A stretch of DNA of 39,604 nucleotides, taken from NCBI GenBank assembly GCA_046289555.1, contig JBKBVM010000001.1, positions 1 to 39,604 on the forward strand, given 5' to 3'. The position numbers were made by a program, and so were the translations under genes. Source of the DNA: a bacterium. Its GTDB lineage: Bacteria > Sysuimicrobiota > Sysuimicrobiia > Sysuimicrobiales > Sysuimicrobiaceae. Below the pieces are notes generated by a model. That model saw only the letters and a program-made list of their open reading frames with translations, made no database searches and was not told the origin of the DNA. Of this stretch, positions 8,369 through 16,002 are shown one piece after another; positions within the stretch are counted from its first letter, which is position 1, and each line of letters starts with the position of its first letter.

Positions 8369-10038
8369 GAGCCCTTCCCCCCTTCCGTGACCGCCGCCAC
8401 CTCCGCCCGGGCGCCCGCGTAGCGCAGGGCCGCTTCCACGAAGGCCCGGTACAGGGGGTGCGGCGAGGTGGGCCGGGAGCGGTACTCCGCGTGGAACTGG
8501 GTCCCCACAAACCACGGGTGGTCCGCCAGCTCCACGATCTCCACCAGCCCCTTGTCCGGGTACACCCCGCTCACGCGCAGGCCCCGTTCCACCAGCCGCG
8601 GCAGCAACGCGTTGTTCACCTCGTAACGGTGCCGGTGGCGCTCGTACACCAGGGTCGTGCCGTAGGCCTGATAGGCCAGGGACCCCGGCTCGATGCGGCA
8701 CGGGTAGCGTCCCAGGCGCATGGTCCCGCCCTTGTCCACCACCCCTTTCTGCTCCGGCAGGAGGTCGATCACGGGGTACGGGGTATCCGGATCCACCTCC
8801 GTGGTGTTGGCCCCCTCCATGCCGCACACGTGTCGCGCGAACTCCACCACCGCCCACTGCATCCCGTAGCAGACCCCGAAGAACGGCACCTTCTGCTCCC
8901 GGGCGTACCGGATGGCCCGCACCTTCCCCTCCACCCCGCGGCTGCCGAACCCGGGGCACACCAGGATCCCGTGGAAGGGGCTCAGGCGCTCCCGCAGCTC
9001 CGCCTCCGTCAAAGGCTCCAGCTCCTCGGAGTCCACCTTCGTGATCTCCACCGCGGCGTCCGCGGCGATCCCCCCGTGTCGGAGGGCTTCCACGATGCTC
9101 ACGTAGGAGTCCTCGACCCCCATGTACTTGCCCACCAGGGCCACCCGCACCCGGTGCGTGGGCTGCTTCAGCCGGCGCACGATCCACCGCCACCGTTCCA
9201 GGTCCGGCTCTCGGTCTGGCAGGCCCAACCGCCGGCACGCGATGCGCGCCAGTCCCTCCCGCTCCAGGACCAGGGGCACCTCGTAGATGGTCTCCGCGTC
9301 CAGCGCCTCGATCACCGCCTCCGGGTCCACGTCGCAGAACAGGGCGATCTTCTCCCGCACCGCGGGTGTGAGGGGCCGCGCGGTCCGGCAGACGATCACG
9401 TCCGGCTGGATCCCGATGCTCCGCAGCTCTTTCACCGAGTGCTGGGTGGGCTTGGTCTTCAGCTCCCCGGTAGCCGGCAGGAAGGGGACCAGGGACACGT
9501 GCACGTACAGGCAGTTCTCGGAGCCCGTCTGGTGGCGGAACTGCCGGATGGCCTCCAGGAACGGCAGGCTCTCGATGTCGCCCACCGTTCCCCCCACCTC
9601 GACGATGAGGACGTCCGCGCTCGCGGCCTCTGCCACCCGCCGGATCTCGTCCTTGATCTCGTTGGTCACGTGGGGGATGATCTGCACCGTCCCGCCCAGG
9701 TACTCGCCCCGGCGTTCCCGGGCGATGACGGCCCCGTAGATCCGCCCCGTGGTGGTGTTGTTGTCCCGCCCCAGGTCGGTGTCGAGGAACCGCTCGTAGT
9801 GGCCCAGGTCCATGTCGGTCTCCGCGCCGTCCTCGGTCACGAAGACCTCCCCGTGCTGGTGAGGGTTCATGGTCCCCGCGTCCACGTTCACGTACGGGTC
9901 GAACTTCAACATGCTGACCCGGTAGCCCCGGGCCACCAGCAGCCGGCCCAGGGAGGCCGCGGTGATCCCCTTGCCGAGGCCCGAGGCGACCCCGCCCGTC
10001 ACGAACACGTACTTCGTCCGTCCGACCTGCACGCACAC
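8365..10038 (-). CDS. pyrG: CTP synthase
   Basis: Listed ORF (557 aa). It carries [23 protein letters not shown] and [22 protein letters not shown], plus a C-terminal glutamine amidotransferase domain with GVCYGMQ and the H/E pair region [13 protein letters not shown] 10032 (MQVGRTKY...), 5 nt after GGGAGG, is a likely alternative start. Confidence 0.95.
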   Translation of the reverse strand: MCVQVGRTKYVFVTGGVASGLGKGITAASLGRLLVARGYRVSMLKFDPYVNVDAGTMNPHQHGEVFVTEDGAETDMDLGHYERFLDTDLGRDNNTTTGRIYGAVIARERRGEYLGGTVQIIPHVTNEIKDEIRRVAEAASADVLIVEVGGTVGDIESLPFLEAIRQFRHQTGSENCLYVHVSLVPFLPATGELKTKPTQHSVKELRSIGIQPDVIVCRTARPLTPAVREKIALFCDVDPEAVIEALDAETIYEVPLVLEREGLARIACRRLGLPDREPDLERWRWIVRRLKQPTHRVRVALVGKYMGVEDSYVSIVEALRHGGIAADAAVEITKVDSEELEPLTEAELRERLSPFHGILVCPGFGSRGVEGKVRAIRYAREQKVPFFGVCYGMQWAVVEFARHVCGMEGANTTEVDPDTPYPVIDLLPEQKGVVDKGGTMRLGRYPCRIEPGSLAYQAYGTTLVYERHRHRYEVNNALLPRLVERGLRVSGVYPDKGLVEIVELADHPWFVGTQFHAEYRSRPTSPHPLYRAFVEAALRYAGARAEVAAVTEGGKGS

Positions 10039-10059
10039 CTCCCGGGAACGCAGCCAGCC

Positions 10060-10094
10060 AAAAGGCGAGAGGGGGAGCCTGCGCTCCCCCTCTC
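10060..10094 (-). terminator. intrinsic-terminator-like hairpin in the pyrG 5' leader (candidate attenuator)
   Basis: Read on the minus strand: GAGAGGGGGAGC-gcag-GCTCCCCCTCTC, a perfect 12-bp stem (10094..10067) with a 4-nt loop, followed by gccTTTTgg. It lies about 22 nt upstream of the pyrG SD and downstream of the candidate promoter at 10147-10175. On the plus strand no T-tract follows it. Confidence 0.45.
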
Positions 10095-10146
10095 TCTAGG
10101 ACCCTTCCACCGTTTGGAGTCGGCCGCGCCTGCGCATGCCACCGGC

Positions 10147-10175
10147 ATTCTACGCAGCCGGCCAGGCCCGCGCAA
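10147..10175 (-). promoter_or_regulatory. candidate sigma-70-type promoter for pyrG
   Basis: Minus-strand reading is TTGCGC (10175..10170), an exact 17-nt spacer, then TAGAAT (10152..10147). The AT-rich hexamer stands out in 70% GC DNA. The same TTGCGN-17-TAGAAT architecture recurs upstream of secG. The predicted TSS is near 10140, giving transcript GGCAUGCG.... Confidence 0.5.
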
Positions 10176-10183
10176 GCTGCCCC

Positions 10184-11509
10184 GGCTCTACGTCAATAAG
10201 TGTGGCGGGCGGAGCAGGAAAGCCAAGGGAACGAGGCCCAGGAGCATCTTTCGCACATACATGTGGCGGTTGCGGAACCCGTAGCTGAGGCGCTTGAGGA
10301 GCTTGATCTTGGTGTGGATCCCCTCGGTGTAGGCGCTGGTGACGCGGTGGCGGTGGTAGCTGAGCAGCTCGGCTTTCCAGGCGTGGAGGGTACGGCCCCA
10401 GCGAACGAGCTCGGCATCGTCGGCGTGCTGGAGGGAGAAGAGGAGGCGGTCCAGGAGGGCCTGGGCGTGGCGGAAGCTGGGGGCACGGTAGAAGGCCCGC
10501 AGCTGCTCTTTGGCCCAGTGGAAGTGGGCCAGGGTGGGGTATTGGCGGTAGATGGCCCTCAAGACCTCGGCCTGCTTGGGGGTCAGATCTTCCTGGTTTT
10601 TGAGCAGGGGCCAACGGGGGATTTTGCGACGGCGGAGTTCCTGTTCGATCCGCCGGGCCTCGTCCACCCTGCGGTTGGCGTCCTGGATGACGTGGAAGGG
10701 GTCGGCGACCACCTGGGCCTGGGGCAAGACCCTGCGGAGGAGCTTGCGCCAGGTGTCCTTGAGGTCCACGCACACCGCCCGGACCCGGCCCCTCACTTCT
10801 TCCGGCATCTGCCGGAAGAAGGCCTCCACGGTGCGTTTCCGGTCATCCGGTAACAGGGCCAGGACCTGCCGATCAGGGACGACAGCGGTCAGGGTCACGG
10901 CCATGTCCTGATGCCGAAAGCTATGCTCGTCCAGGCTCAGGCTCAGCTCCGGGAGATCCTGGACTGCTGCCTGGAGGTCGATCTGGGGGGCCACCCGCCG
11001 TAGGACCACCCGTCGCAGTACCCCGACCCCCACCTGTAGGTGGACCGCCGTGCTCCGGAAGCTGCGCCCAGCTAGCTCCCGGAGGAGGACCTGCTCGGCC
11101 TGCTCCGTGCACCGCCCCCACGGCCGAATCCCCGCAAACCGTTCCACGAACACCTTCCGGCACTGGCCGCACCGGAACCGTCGGGGGCGCACCCGCAGGT
11201 AGACCGGAAGCCCTCCACACCACGTGTGCAGCACCCGCCGCCACCCCCGTGCCCGCCCCCAAACCCGACGGGTCCGGGCCCCACAGGCCGGGCAGCAGGC
11301 CTCCTTCCGAGGCTTGCCTACGAACACCTCGATAGCTCCCTCCCCCCGCTCTACCCGGTACACGATCCACGATTGCAGCCCCAACAGCGCAGCGATACCC
11401 TGGTGCATGGGCGGCAGCGAGCCTCCTTTCCGGGATGTTGTCTCCTAGCCATCCCTTGGCTCGTCTGCCGCCTACTCCTTCACCGAACCACACTTTTCAG
11501 CGTAGAGCC
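10184..11509 (-). mobile_element. ISL3-family insertion sequence (single transposase gene, imperfect terminal inverted repeats)
   Basis: The terminal IRs are ggctctacgtcaataagtgtgg (10184-10205) and ccacacttttcagcgtagagcc (11488-11509), matching at 18 of 22 when reverse-complemented. GGCTCT... is a typical ISL3-family terminus (recollection). The transposase stop codon (10188-10190) lies inside the IR, as is common in this family. Weaker inverted similarity continues about 11 bp outward on both sides, so the true ends could be about 10173 and 11521. I found no clean 8-bp target duplication. Confidence 0.8.
10188..11408 (-). CDS. ISL3 family transposase
   Basis: Listed ORF (406 aa, ATG preceded by AAGGAGG). 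It has an N-terminal zinc-finger pair CPACG...RRFRCGQC (zf-ISL3), then a DDE domain with SLDEHSF, VCVDLKD, ADPFHVIQ and SAYTEGIHTKIKLLKRLSYGFRN, which is characteristic of ISL3 transposases. Confidence 0.92.
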   Translation of the reverse strand: MHQGIAALLGLQSWIVYRVERGEGAIEVFVGKPRKEACCPACGARTRRVWGRARGWRRVLHTWCGGLPVYLRVRPRRFRCGQCRKVFVERFAGIRPWGRCTEQAEQVLLRELAGRSFRSTAVHLQVGVGVLRRVVLRRVAPQIDLQAAVQDLPELSLSLDEHSFRHQDMAVTLTAVVPDRQVLALLPDDRKRTVEAFFRQMPEEVRGRVRAVCVDLKDTWRKLLRRVLPQAQVVADPFHVIQDANRRVDEARRIEQELRRRKIPRWPLLKNQEDLTPKQAEVLRAIYRQYPTLAHFHWAKEQLRAFYRAPSFRHAQALLDRLLFSLQHADDAELVRWGRTLHAWKAELLSYHRHRVTSAYTEGIHTKIKLLKRLSYGFRNRHMYVRKMLLGLVPLAFLLRPPHLLT

Positions 11510-11518
11510 AGGGCAACC

Positions 11519-11547
11519 TTGACAGCCTCCGGGGGTGTCCGTATGAT
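11519..11547 (+). promoter_or_regulatory. strong sigma-70-type promoter for the nuo cluster
   Basis: TTGACA (11519-11524), an exact 17-nt spacer, then TATGAT (11542-11547). The -35 is a perfect consensus and the -10 matches at 5 of 6. It lies 9 nt outside the IS core end and about 170 nt upstream of nuoA. Confidence 0.6.
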
Positions 11548-11564
11548 GCCCGTGGGCCGCGGCC

Positions 11565-11601
11565 GGACGCGCGACCCGGCGCGTCCCCTCGCGTTTGTTT
11601 T
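11565..11601 (+). promoter_or_regulatory. 5'-leader stem-loop followed by a T-tract (possible attenuator or stabilising 5' hairpin) in the nuo leader
   Basis: GGACGCGC (11565-11572), loop gacccg, GCGCGTCC (11579-11586), then cctcgcgTTTGTTTT (T-tract 11594-11601). It lies about 10-50 nt downstream of the predicted TSS. Confidence 0.3.
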
Positions 11602-11717
11602 CCCGCCTTCCCACCGGCGCAGGTGGTGCGCCGATCGCGGCACCCGGAAGGATCGGGCCGCGTCGCCGGCGAACCCGTGCGCGGACGAGGAGGGAACCGA
11701 ACCCTTGAGGTGAGCGG

Positions 11718-12074
11718 GTGCCGCTGGACTGGGCGTACGTGGCGGTCTTCGCGCTCGTGGGAGCGGGGATGGCGGCCCTCCCCCTCGGGCTGGTGTGGCT
11801 CCTGGCACCGCGCAGCCAGTACCCCCAGAAGCGCGTCGCCTACGAATCCGGGATCATCCCCTTTGGCGAAGCCTGGAGCCAGTTCCACGTCCGGTACTAC
11901 CTGTTCGGCTTGGCCTTCCTCCTGTTCGACATCGAGGTCATCTACATCTACCCGTGGGCCGTGGTCCTCCGCGAGCTGGGCGGCTTCGCCTTCGTGGAGA
12001 TGCTGATCTTCCTGGGCGTGTTGGGAGTCGGCTTGGCCTACGCGTGGAAGAAGGGTGCGCTGGAGTGGGCCTAG
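11718..12074 (+). CDS. nuoA: NADH-quinone oxidoreductase subunit A
   Basis: Listed ORF (118 aa, GTG start after GAGGTGA). It has three TM segments and the conserved YESGIIPFGEAWSQFHVRYYLFGLAFLLFDIEVIYIYPWA motif of NuoA/ND3. Confidence 0.93.
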   Translation: MPLDWAYVAVFALVGAGMAALPLGLVWLLAPRSQYPQKRVAYESGIIPFGEAWSQFHVRYYLFGLAFLLFDIEVIYIYPWAVVLRELGGFAFVEMLIFLGVLGVGLAYAWKKGALEWA

Positions 12075-12115
12075 GAGGGTTTCTCGGCGCGGTCTGGCAG
12101 GTGGAGCTCGTCCGC

Positions 12116-13081
12116 ATGGTGGTCCTGGCCGCCGTGGTGTTCACCTTCCTGGCGGTCGGGGGCCCTCTGTTTCTGGTGCTCGCGGAGCGCAAGATCAGCG
12201 CGTGGATCCAGGCTCGGGTGGGCCCCAAGCACGTGGGCCCTCACGGCCTCCTCCAGACGGTGGCAGACACCCTGAAGCTCCTCTACAAGGAGAACATCGT
12301 CCCGCACCGGGCGGACGTGGTGCTGTTCTCGACAGCCCCCATCCTGGTGGCGGTGGCGGCCCTGCTGGACTGGGTGGTGATCCCCTTCGCCCCCGGCTGG
12401 GTGGTGCGGGATCTCAACGTGGGCATCCTGTACTTCGCCGCGGTGAGCAGCCTGACGGTCATCGGCATCCTGACAGGCGGCTGGGCCTCCAACAACAAAT
12501 ACTCGCTGCTGGGAGGTCTGCGGTCCGCGGCCCAGATGGTGTCCTACGAGCTGCCCCTGGCTTTCTCCCTGCTCCTGGTGGCCACCCTCACGGGGACGCT
12601 GTCCACGGTGCGCATCGTGGAGGCTCAACCGTACCCCGCGTACCTGTACCCGTCTGTGGCGGTGGCCGCGGTGGTGTTCCTGGTGGCAGCCACCGCGGAG
12701 GCCAACCGGATCCCCTTCGACCTCCCGGAGGCAGAGGCGGAGCTGGTGGCCGGCTACTTCTCGGAGTACACGCCCATGCGCTTTGCCCTGTTCCAGCTGG
12801 GGGAGTACGGGTCGCTGCTGGCCAGCTCGGCGTTGTTCACCACGCTGTTTCTGGGCGGGTGGAAGGGACCCTTCCCGCTGCCCTGGTTGGGTCCCGTGGG
12901 GAACGGTCTGGTGTGGTTCCTCCTGAAGACGTACGCGGTCGTTTTCTTCCTCATGTGGGTGCGGTGGACGTACCCGCGGTTCCGGATCGACCAGTTGCTT
13001 GGACTCTCCTGGAAGGTGCTGCTCCCCATCAGCATGATGAACCTCCTGGTGGCAGGCTGGCTGGTGGTGGTCGTGCGGTGA
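12116..13081 (+). CDS. nuoH: NADH-quinone oxidoreductase subunit H
   Basis: This is the C-terminal part of listed ORF 11795..13081: ...LAERKISAWIQARVGPKHVGPHGLLQTVADTLKLL...GGWASNNKYSLLGGLRSAAQMVSYELP...AEANRIPFDLPEAEAELVAGYFSEYT...RWTYPRFRIDQL (NuoH/ND1 hallmarks). I chose ATG 12116, which has GGTGGAG 10 nt upstream. GTG 12101 is the alternative. The earlier part of the listed ORF overlaps nuoA out of frame. Confidence 0.93.
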   Translation: MVVLAAVVFTFLAVGGPLFLVLAERKISAWIQARVGPKHVGPHGLLQTVADTLKLLYKENIVPHRADVVLFSTAPILVAVAALLDWVVIPFAPGWVVRDLNVGILYFAAVSSLTVIGILTGGWASNNKYSLLGGLRSAAQMVSYELPLAFSLLLVATLTGTLSTVRIVEAQPYPAYLYPSVAVAAVVFLVAATAEANRIPFDLPEAEAELVAGYFSEYTPMRFALFQLGEYGSLLASSALFTTLFLGGWKGPFPLPWLGPVGNGLVWFLLKTYAVVFFLMWVRWTYPRFRIDQLLGLSWKVLLPISMMNLLVAGWLVVVVR

Positions 13082-13572
13082 ACGCGGAGGCCCTGGCCTT
13101 CTACGCGCTGGCCGCCATGGTCCTCGTGGGCGGGGCCCTGGTGGTGTCCTCGCGCAACCTGGTCCACGCCGCGGTGTCCCTGGTCCCTACCCTCCTCGGG
13201 GTGGCCGGCCTGTACGTGCTCCTGCACGCGGAGTTCGTCACCGCCATCCAGATCCTCATCTACGTGGGGGCGATCACTGTCCTCATCCTGTTCGTCATCC
13301 TGCTCACGGAGGGGGCCACGGGCTTGCGGGTGCGGCAGCGCAACGAACAGGTCCCCCTGGCCCTGGGAGTGTGCGGGGCGCTGGTGGTGCTCCTGTGGGT
13401 GGTCCTCCTGCGGGTGCCGTGGGGCCCTGCGGCCGGGCCCCTGCCACCCTACAACCCCGGAGCCGTGGGCCGCAGCTTCCTCATGCCCTACGTGTTGGCC
13501 TTCGAGGTGACGTCCCTGGTGATCCTGGCTTCGCTGGTGGGGGCCATCGTCATCGCCCGGAGGGAGGAATGA
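13078..13572 (+). CDS. nuoJ: NADH-quinone oxidoreductase subunit J
   Basis: This is the C-terminal 164 aa of listed ORF 12055..13572: VNAEALAFYALAAMVLVGGALVVSSRNLVHAAVSLVPTLLGVAGLYVLLHAEFVTAIQILIYVGAITVLILFVIL... (NuoJ/ND6 pattern). The GTG start at 13078 overlaps the nuoH stop as GTGA. Confidence 0.9.
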   Translation: MNAEALAFYALAAMVLVGGALVVSSRNLVHAAVSLVPTLLGVAGLYVLLHAEFVTAIQILIYVGAITVLILFVILLTEGATGLRVRQRNEQVPLALGVCGALVVLLWVVLLRVPWGPAAGPLPPYNPGAVGRSFLMPYVLAFEVTSLVILASLVGAIVIARREE

Positions 13573-13877
13573 TCGGACTGCCCCACTACCTCGTGCTGTC
13601 GAGTCTGCTGTTCGGCATGGGACTCTACGGAGTCCTCACCCGGAGGAACGCGGTGGCCATCCTGATGGGCATCGAGCTCATGTTGAATGCAGCCAACCTG
13701 AACTTCGTGGCCTTCACCAAGTTCGTGGATCCCACCTTCGTCCGCGGGCACGTGGCCGCCCTCGTGATCATCACCCTGGCGGCGTGCGAGGCAGCAGTAG
13801 GCCTCGCCCTGATCATCAACGCGTACCGCCACCTGGAGACGGTGAACGTGGACCAGGTGGATCTCCTGAAGGGCTAG
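13569..13877 (+). CDS. nuoK: NADH-quinone oxidoreductase subunit K
   Basis: This is the C-terminal 102 aa of listed ORF 13371..13877: MIGLPHYLVLSSLLFGMGLYGVLTRRNAVAILMGIELMLNAANLNFVAF...ACEAAVGLALII (NuoK/ND4L with its conserved Glu residues). The ATG at 13569 overlaps the nuoJ stop as ATGA. Confidence 0.93.
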   Translation: MIGLPHYLVLSSLLFGMGLYGVLTRRNAVAILMGIELMLNAANLNFVAFTKFVDPTFVRGHVAALVIITLAACEAAVGLALIINAYRHLETVNVDQVDLLKG

Positions 13878-13886
13878 GAGGGGTCG

Positions 13887-15956
13887 GTGGCTCGCCTGGC
13901 CTGGCTGATCCCCCTGTTCCCCCTGGCCAGCTACGGGATCCTGGTCTTCCGGGGTCGGGTCCTGGGCGACCGGGCCCCGTACGTGGCCATCGGGGCCATG
14001 GCCCTGTCGGCCGTGTTGGCCTGGGGGACGTTCCTGGAGCAGGTCCTGGGGGCGCCTCCCTTCGTGTGGCGCGCCGCGTGGGCGGTCGGCGGGGAGCGCG
14101 TGATCACCGTGGGCTACACCGTGGACCCCCTGTCCAGTATCACCGTCGCCATGATCACCCTGGTGGGCGGGCTGATCTTCGTCTACTCCGTCGGTTACAT
14201 GCACGGGGACCCCTACTATGCCCGCTTCTTCGCCTTCCTTTCGTTGTTCTGCGCGGGGATGCTTACCATGGTCTTGGCCAACAGCTTCCTCCTGATGCTC
14301 ATCGGGTGGGAAGTGATCGGCCTGTGCTCTTACCTCCTGATCGGCTTCTACTTCCGGCGGCGGTCCGCAAACCTGGCCCAGATGAAGGCCTTCCTCACCA
14401 CCCGGGTGGGGGACACCCTCATGCTGGTGGGCATCATGGCTCTCTTCTGGCAGTTCGGCACCGTGGACTACCAGACGGTGTTCGAGGCGGTCCGCAACGG
14501 GGCGGAGAAGGCCTCCGCGGCGGTCCGTCTGGGTCCGTGGGAGATCCCCCTGGTCACCCTGACCGCGTTGTTGATCTTCGGCGGGCCCATCGGGAAGAGC
14601 GGCCAGTTCCCTCTGCACGTGTGGCTGCCCGACGCCATGGAAGGCCCCACCCCTGTGTCTGCCCTGATCCACGCGGCTACCATGGTGGCGGCAGGGGTCT
14701 ACCTGGTGGGACGCGCGTATCCCCTGTTCTTCTTCACCCCCCACCACGAGGCTCTGGCGTGGGTGGCGTGGGTGGGAACCGTGACGGCTCTCATGGCTGG
14801 GCTGATCGCCCTCGCGCAGGACGACATCAAACGCATCCTGGCGTACTCCACCATCAGCCAGCTGGGCTTCATGATGGCCGGCCTGGGCGTCCTGGGTTAC
14901 ACGGCGGGGCTGTTCCACCTCCTGACCCACGCCTTCTTCAAGGCCCTGCTGTTCCTGGCGGCGGGCAGCGTGATCCACGCGGTGCACACCAACAACATCA
15001 AGGAGATGGGCGGTCTCTGGCGTTCCATGCCCGTCACCTTCTGGACCTTCCTGGCGGGATTCCTGGCACTGGCGGGGGTGTTCCCCTTTGCGGGCTTCTG
15101 GAGCAAGGACGAGATCCTGCTGGAGGCGTACCACCATAACCCCGCGATCTACACCCTCCTGACCGCGGCGGCGTTCCTCACGGCCCTGTACATGTCCCGG
15201 CTGGTCGCCTACGCCTTCTTCGGCCGCTACCGGGGGCCCGAGCAGCCGGAGCCCGACCCGTGGCTGCCGGAAGACTACGCGCGGGCTGGAGTCCACGGCC
15301 CTCACCACGGGCACCAGGCGCACCACGGGCCTCACGAGGGCCCTGCCGTGATGACCGTCCCTCTGATGGTGTTGGCCTTCTTCGCCCTCGTGGCGGGGTT
15401 CGTGGGGATCCCGGGCACCGGTCCCGAGGGGGGATCCTGGATCCACCACTTCCTCAGGTTCGAGGGCTTCGAGGAGGCGGGCATCCGCGCGCCCAGTTTC
15501 TCGTGGCCCCTGGCGTTTCGCTCCCTGGCGGTGGCGCTGGCGGGGATCGGGGTGGCGTGGGTGGTGTACGGCGTCCGGTGGGTCCGCAGCGACCAGGTGC
15601 GCGCGTGGGTCGGGCCCCTGTACCCCTTCCTCCGCAACCGGATGTACATCGACACCCTCTACGCGTGGGTGTTCGTACGCGGCGGCCTCGCTCTGGCTGC
15701 GGGGCTGCGGTGGTTCGACCTCCACGTGGTGGACGGGCTCGTCAACCTGGTGGGCTGGGTGACGGTGCTGGTGAGCCGCCTGCACCGGCTGTTCGACACC
15801 TACGTGGTGGACGGGCTGGTGAACCTGGTCGGGTGGCTCACCCGGGGGTTGGGGATCGTACTGCGCCCCCTGCAGACCGGCCGCGCGTACAACTACGTCC
15901 TGGTGGCCGCGGCGGGGCTGGTGATCATCGTGGTGGTGAGTCTGTGGAGGCTCTGA
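13887..15956 (+). CDS. nuoL: NADH-quinone oxidoreductase subunit L
   Basis: Listed ORF (689 aa, GTG after AGGAGGGG). It has the antiporter-like core (WEVIGLCSYLLIGFYF, GKSGQFPLHVWLPDAMEGPTPVSALIHAATMVAAGVYL) and a long C-terminal extension consistent with the NuoL lateral helix. Confidence 0.93.
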   Translation: MARLAWLIPLFPLASYGILVFRGRVLGDRAPYVAIGAMALSAVLAWGTFLEQVLGAPPFVWRAAWAVGGERVITVGYTVDPLSSITVAMITLVGGLIFVYSVGYMHGDPYYARFFAFLSLFCAGMLTMVLANSFLLMLIGWEVIGLCSYLLIGFYFRRRSANLAQMKAFLTTRVGDTLMLVGIMALFWQFGTVDYQTVFEAVRNGAEKASAAVRLGPWEIPLVTLTALLIFGGPIGKSGQFPLHVWLPDAMEGPTPVSALIHAATMVAAGVYLVGRAYPLFFFTPHHEALAWVAWVGTVTALMAGLIALAQDDIKRILAYSTISQLGFMMAGLGVLGYTAGLFHLLTHAFFKALLFLAAGSVIHAVHTNNIKEMGGLWRSMPVTFWTFLAGFLALAGVFPFAGFWSKDEILLEAYHHNPAIYTLLTAAAFLTALYMSRLVAYAFFGRYRGPEQPEPDPWLPEDYARAGVHGPHHGHQAHHGPHEGPAVMTVPLMVLAFFALVAGFVGIPGTGPEGGSWIHHFLRFEGFEEAGIRAPSFSWPLAFRSLAVALAGIGVAWVVYGVRWVRSDQVRAWVGPLYPFLRNRMYIDTLYAWVFVRGGLALAAGLRWFDLHVVDGLVNLVGWVTVLVSRLHRLFDTYVVDGLVNLVGWLTRGLGIVLRPLQTGRAYNYVLVAAAGLVIIVVVSLWRL

Positions 15957-16002
15957 ACGGTCCGGTGCGAAGCCTGCGAATCTGGAATCCGGGAGTCGAG
16001 GG

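Noticed and set aside
8369-10036. A 556-codon N-terminal extension of the ORF that ends as ilvE (listed 7460..10036).
   Set aside because: The extension overlaps pyrG out of frame and is G/R/P-rich. The homologous IlvE N-terminus ([11 protein letters not shown]) begins at GTG 8368, exactly at the pyrG stop.
10176-10183. An 8-bp target-site duplication flanking the ISL3 element (compared with 11510-11517).
   Set aside because: gctgcccc versus agggcaac are not direct repeats. Alternative boundaries (10173 and 11521) gave no duplication either, so none is claimed.
11795-12115. Upstream extensions of the nuoH, nuoJ (12055-), nuoK (13371-), nuoN (16683-) and atpK (20779-) listed ORFs.
   Set aside because: Each extension overlaps the preceding well-supported gene out of frame. 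The conserved N-termini plus GTGA/ATGA junctions or SD motifs define the internal starts.
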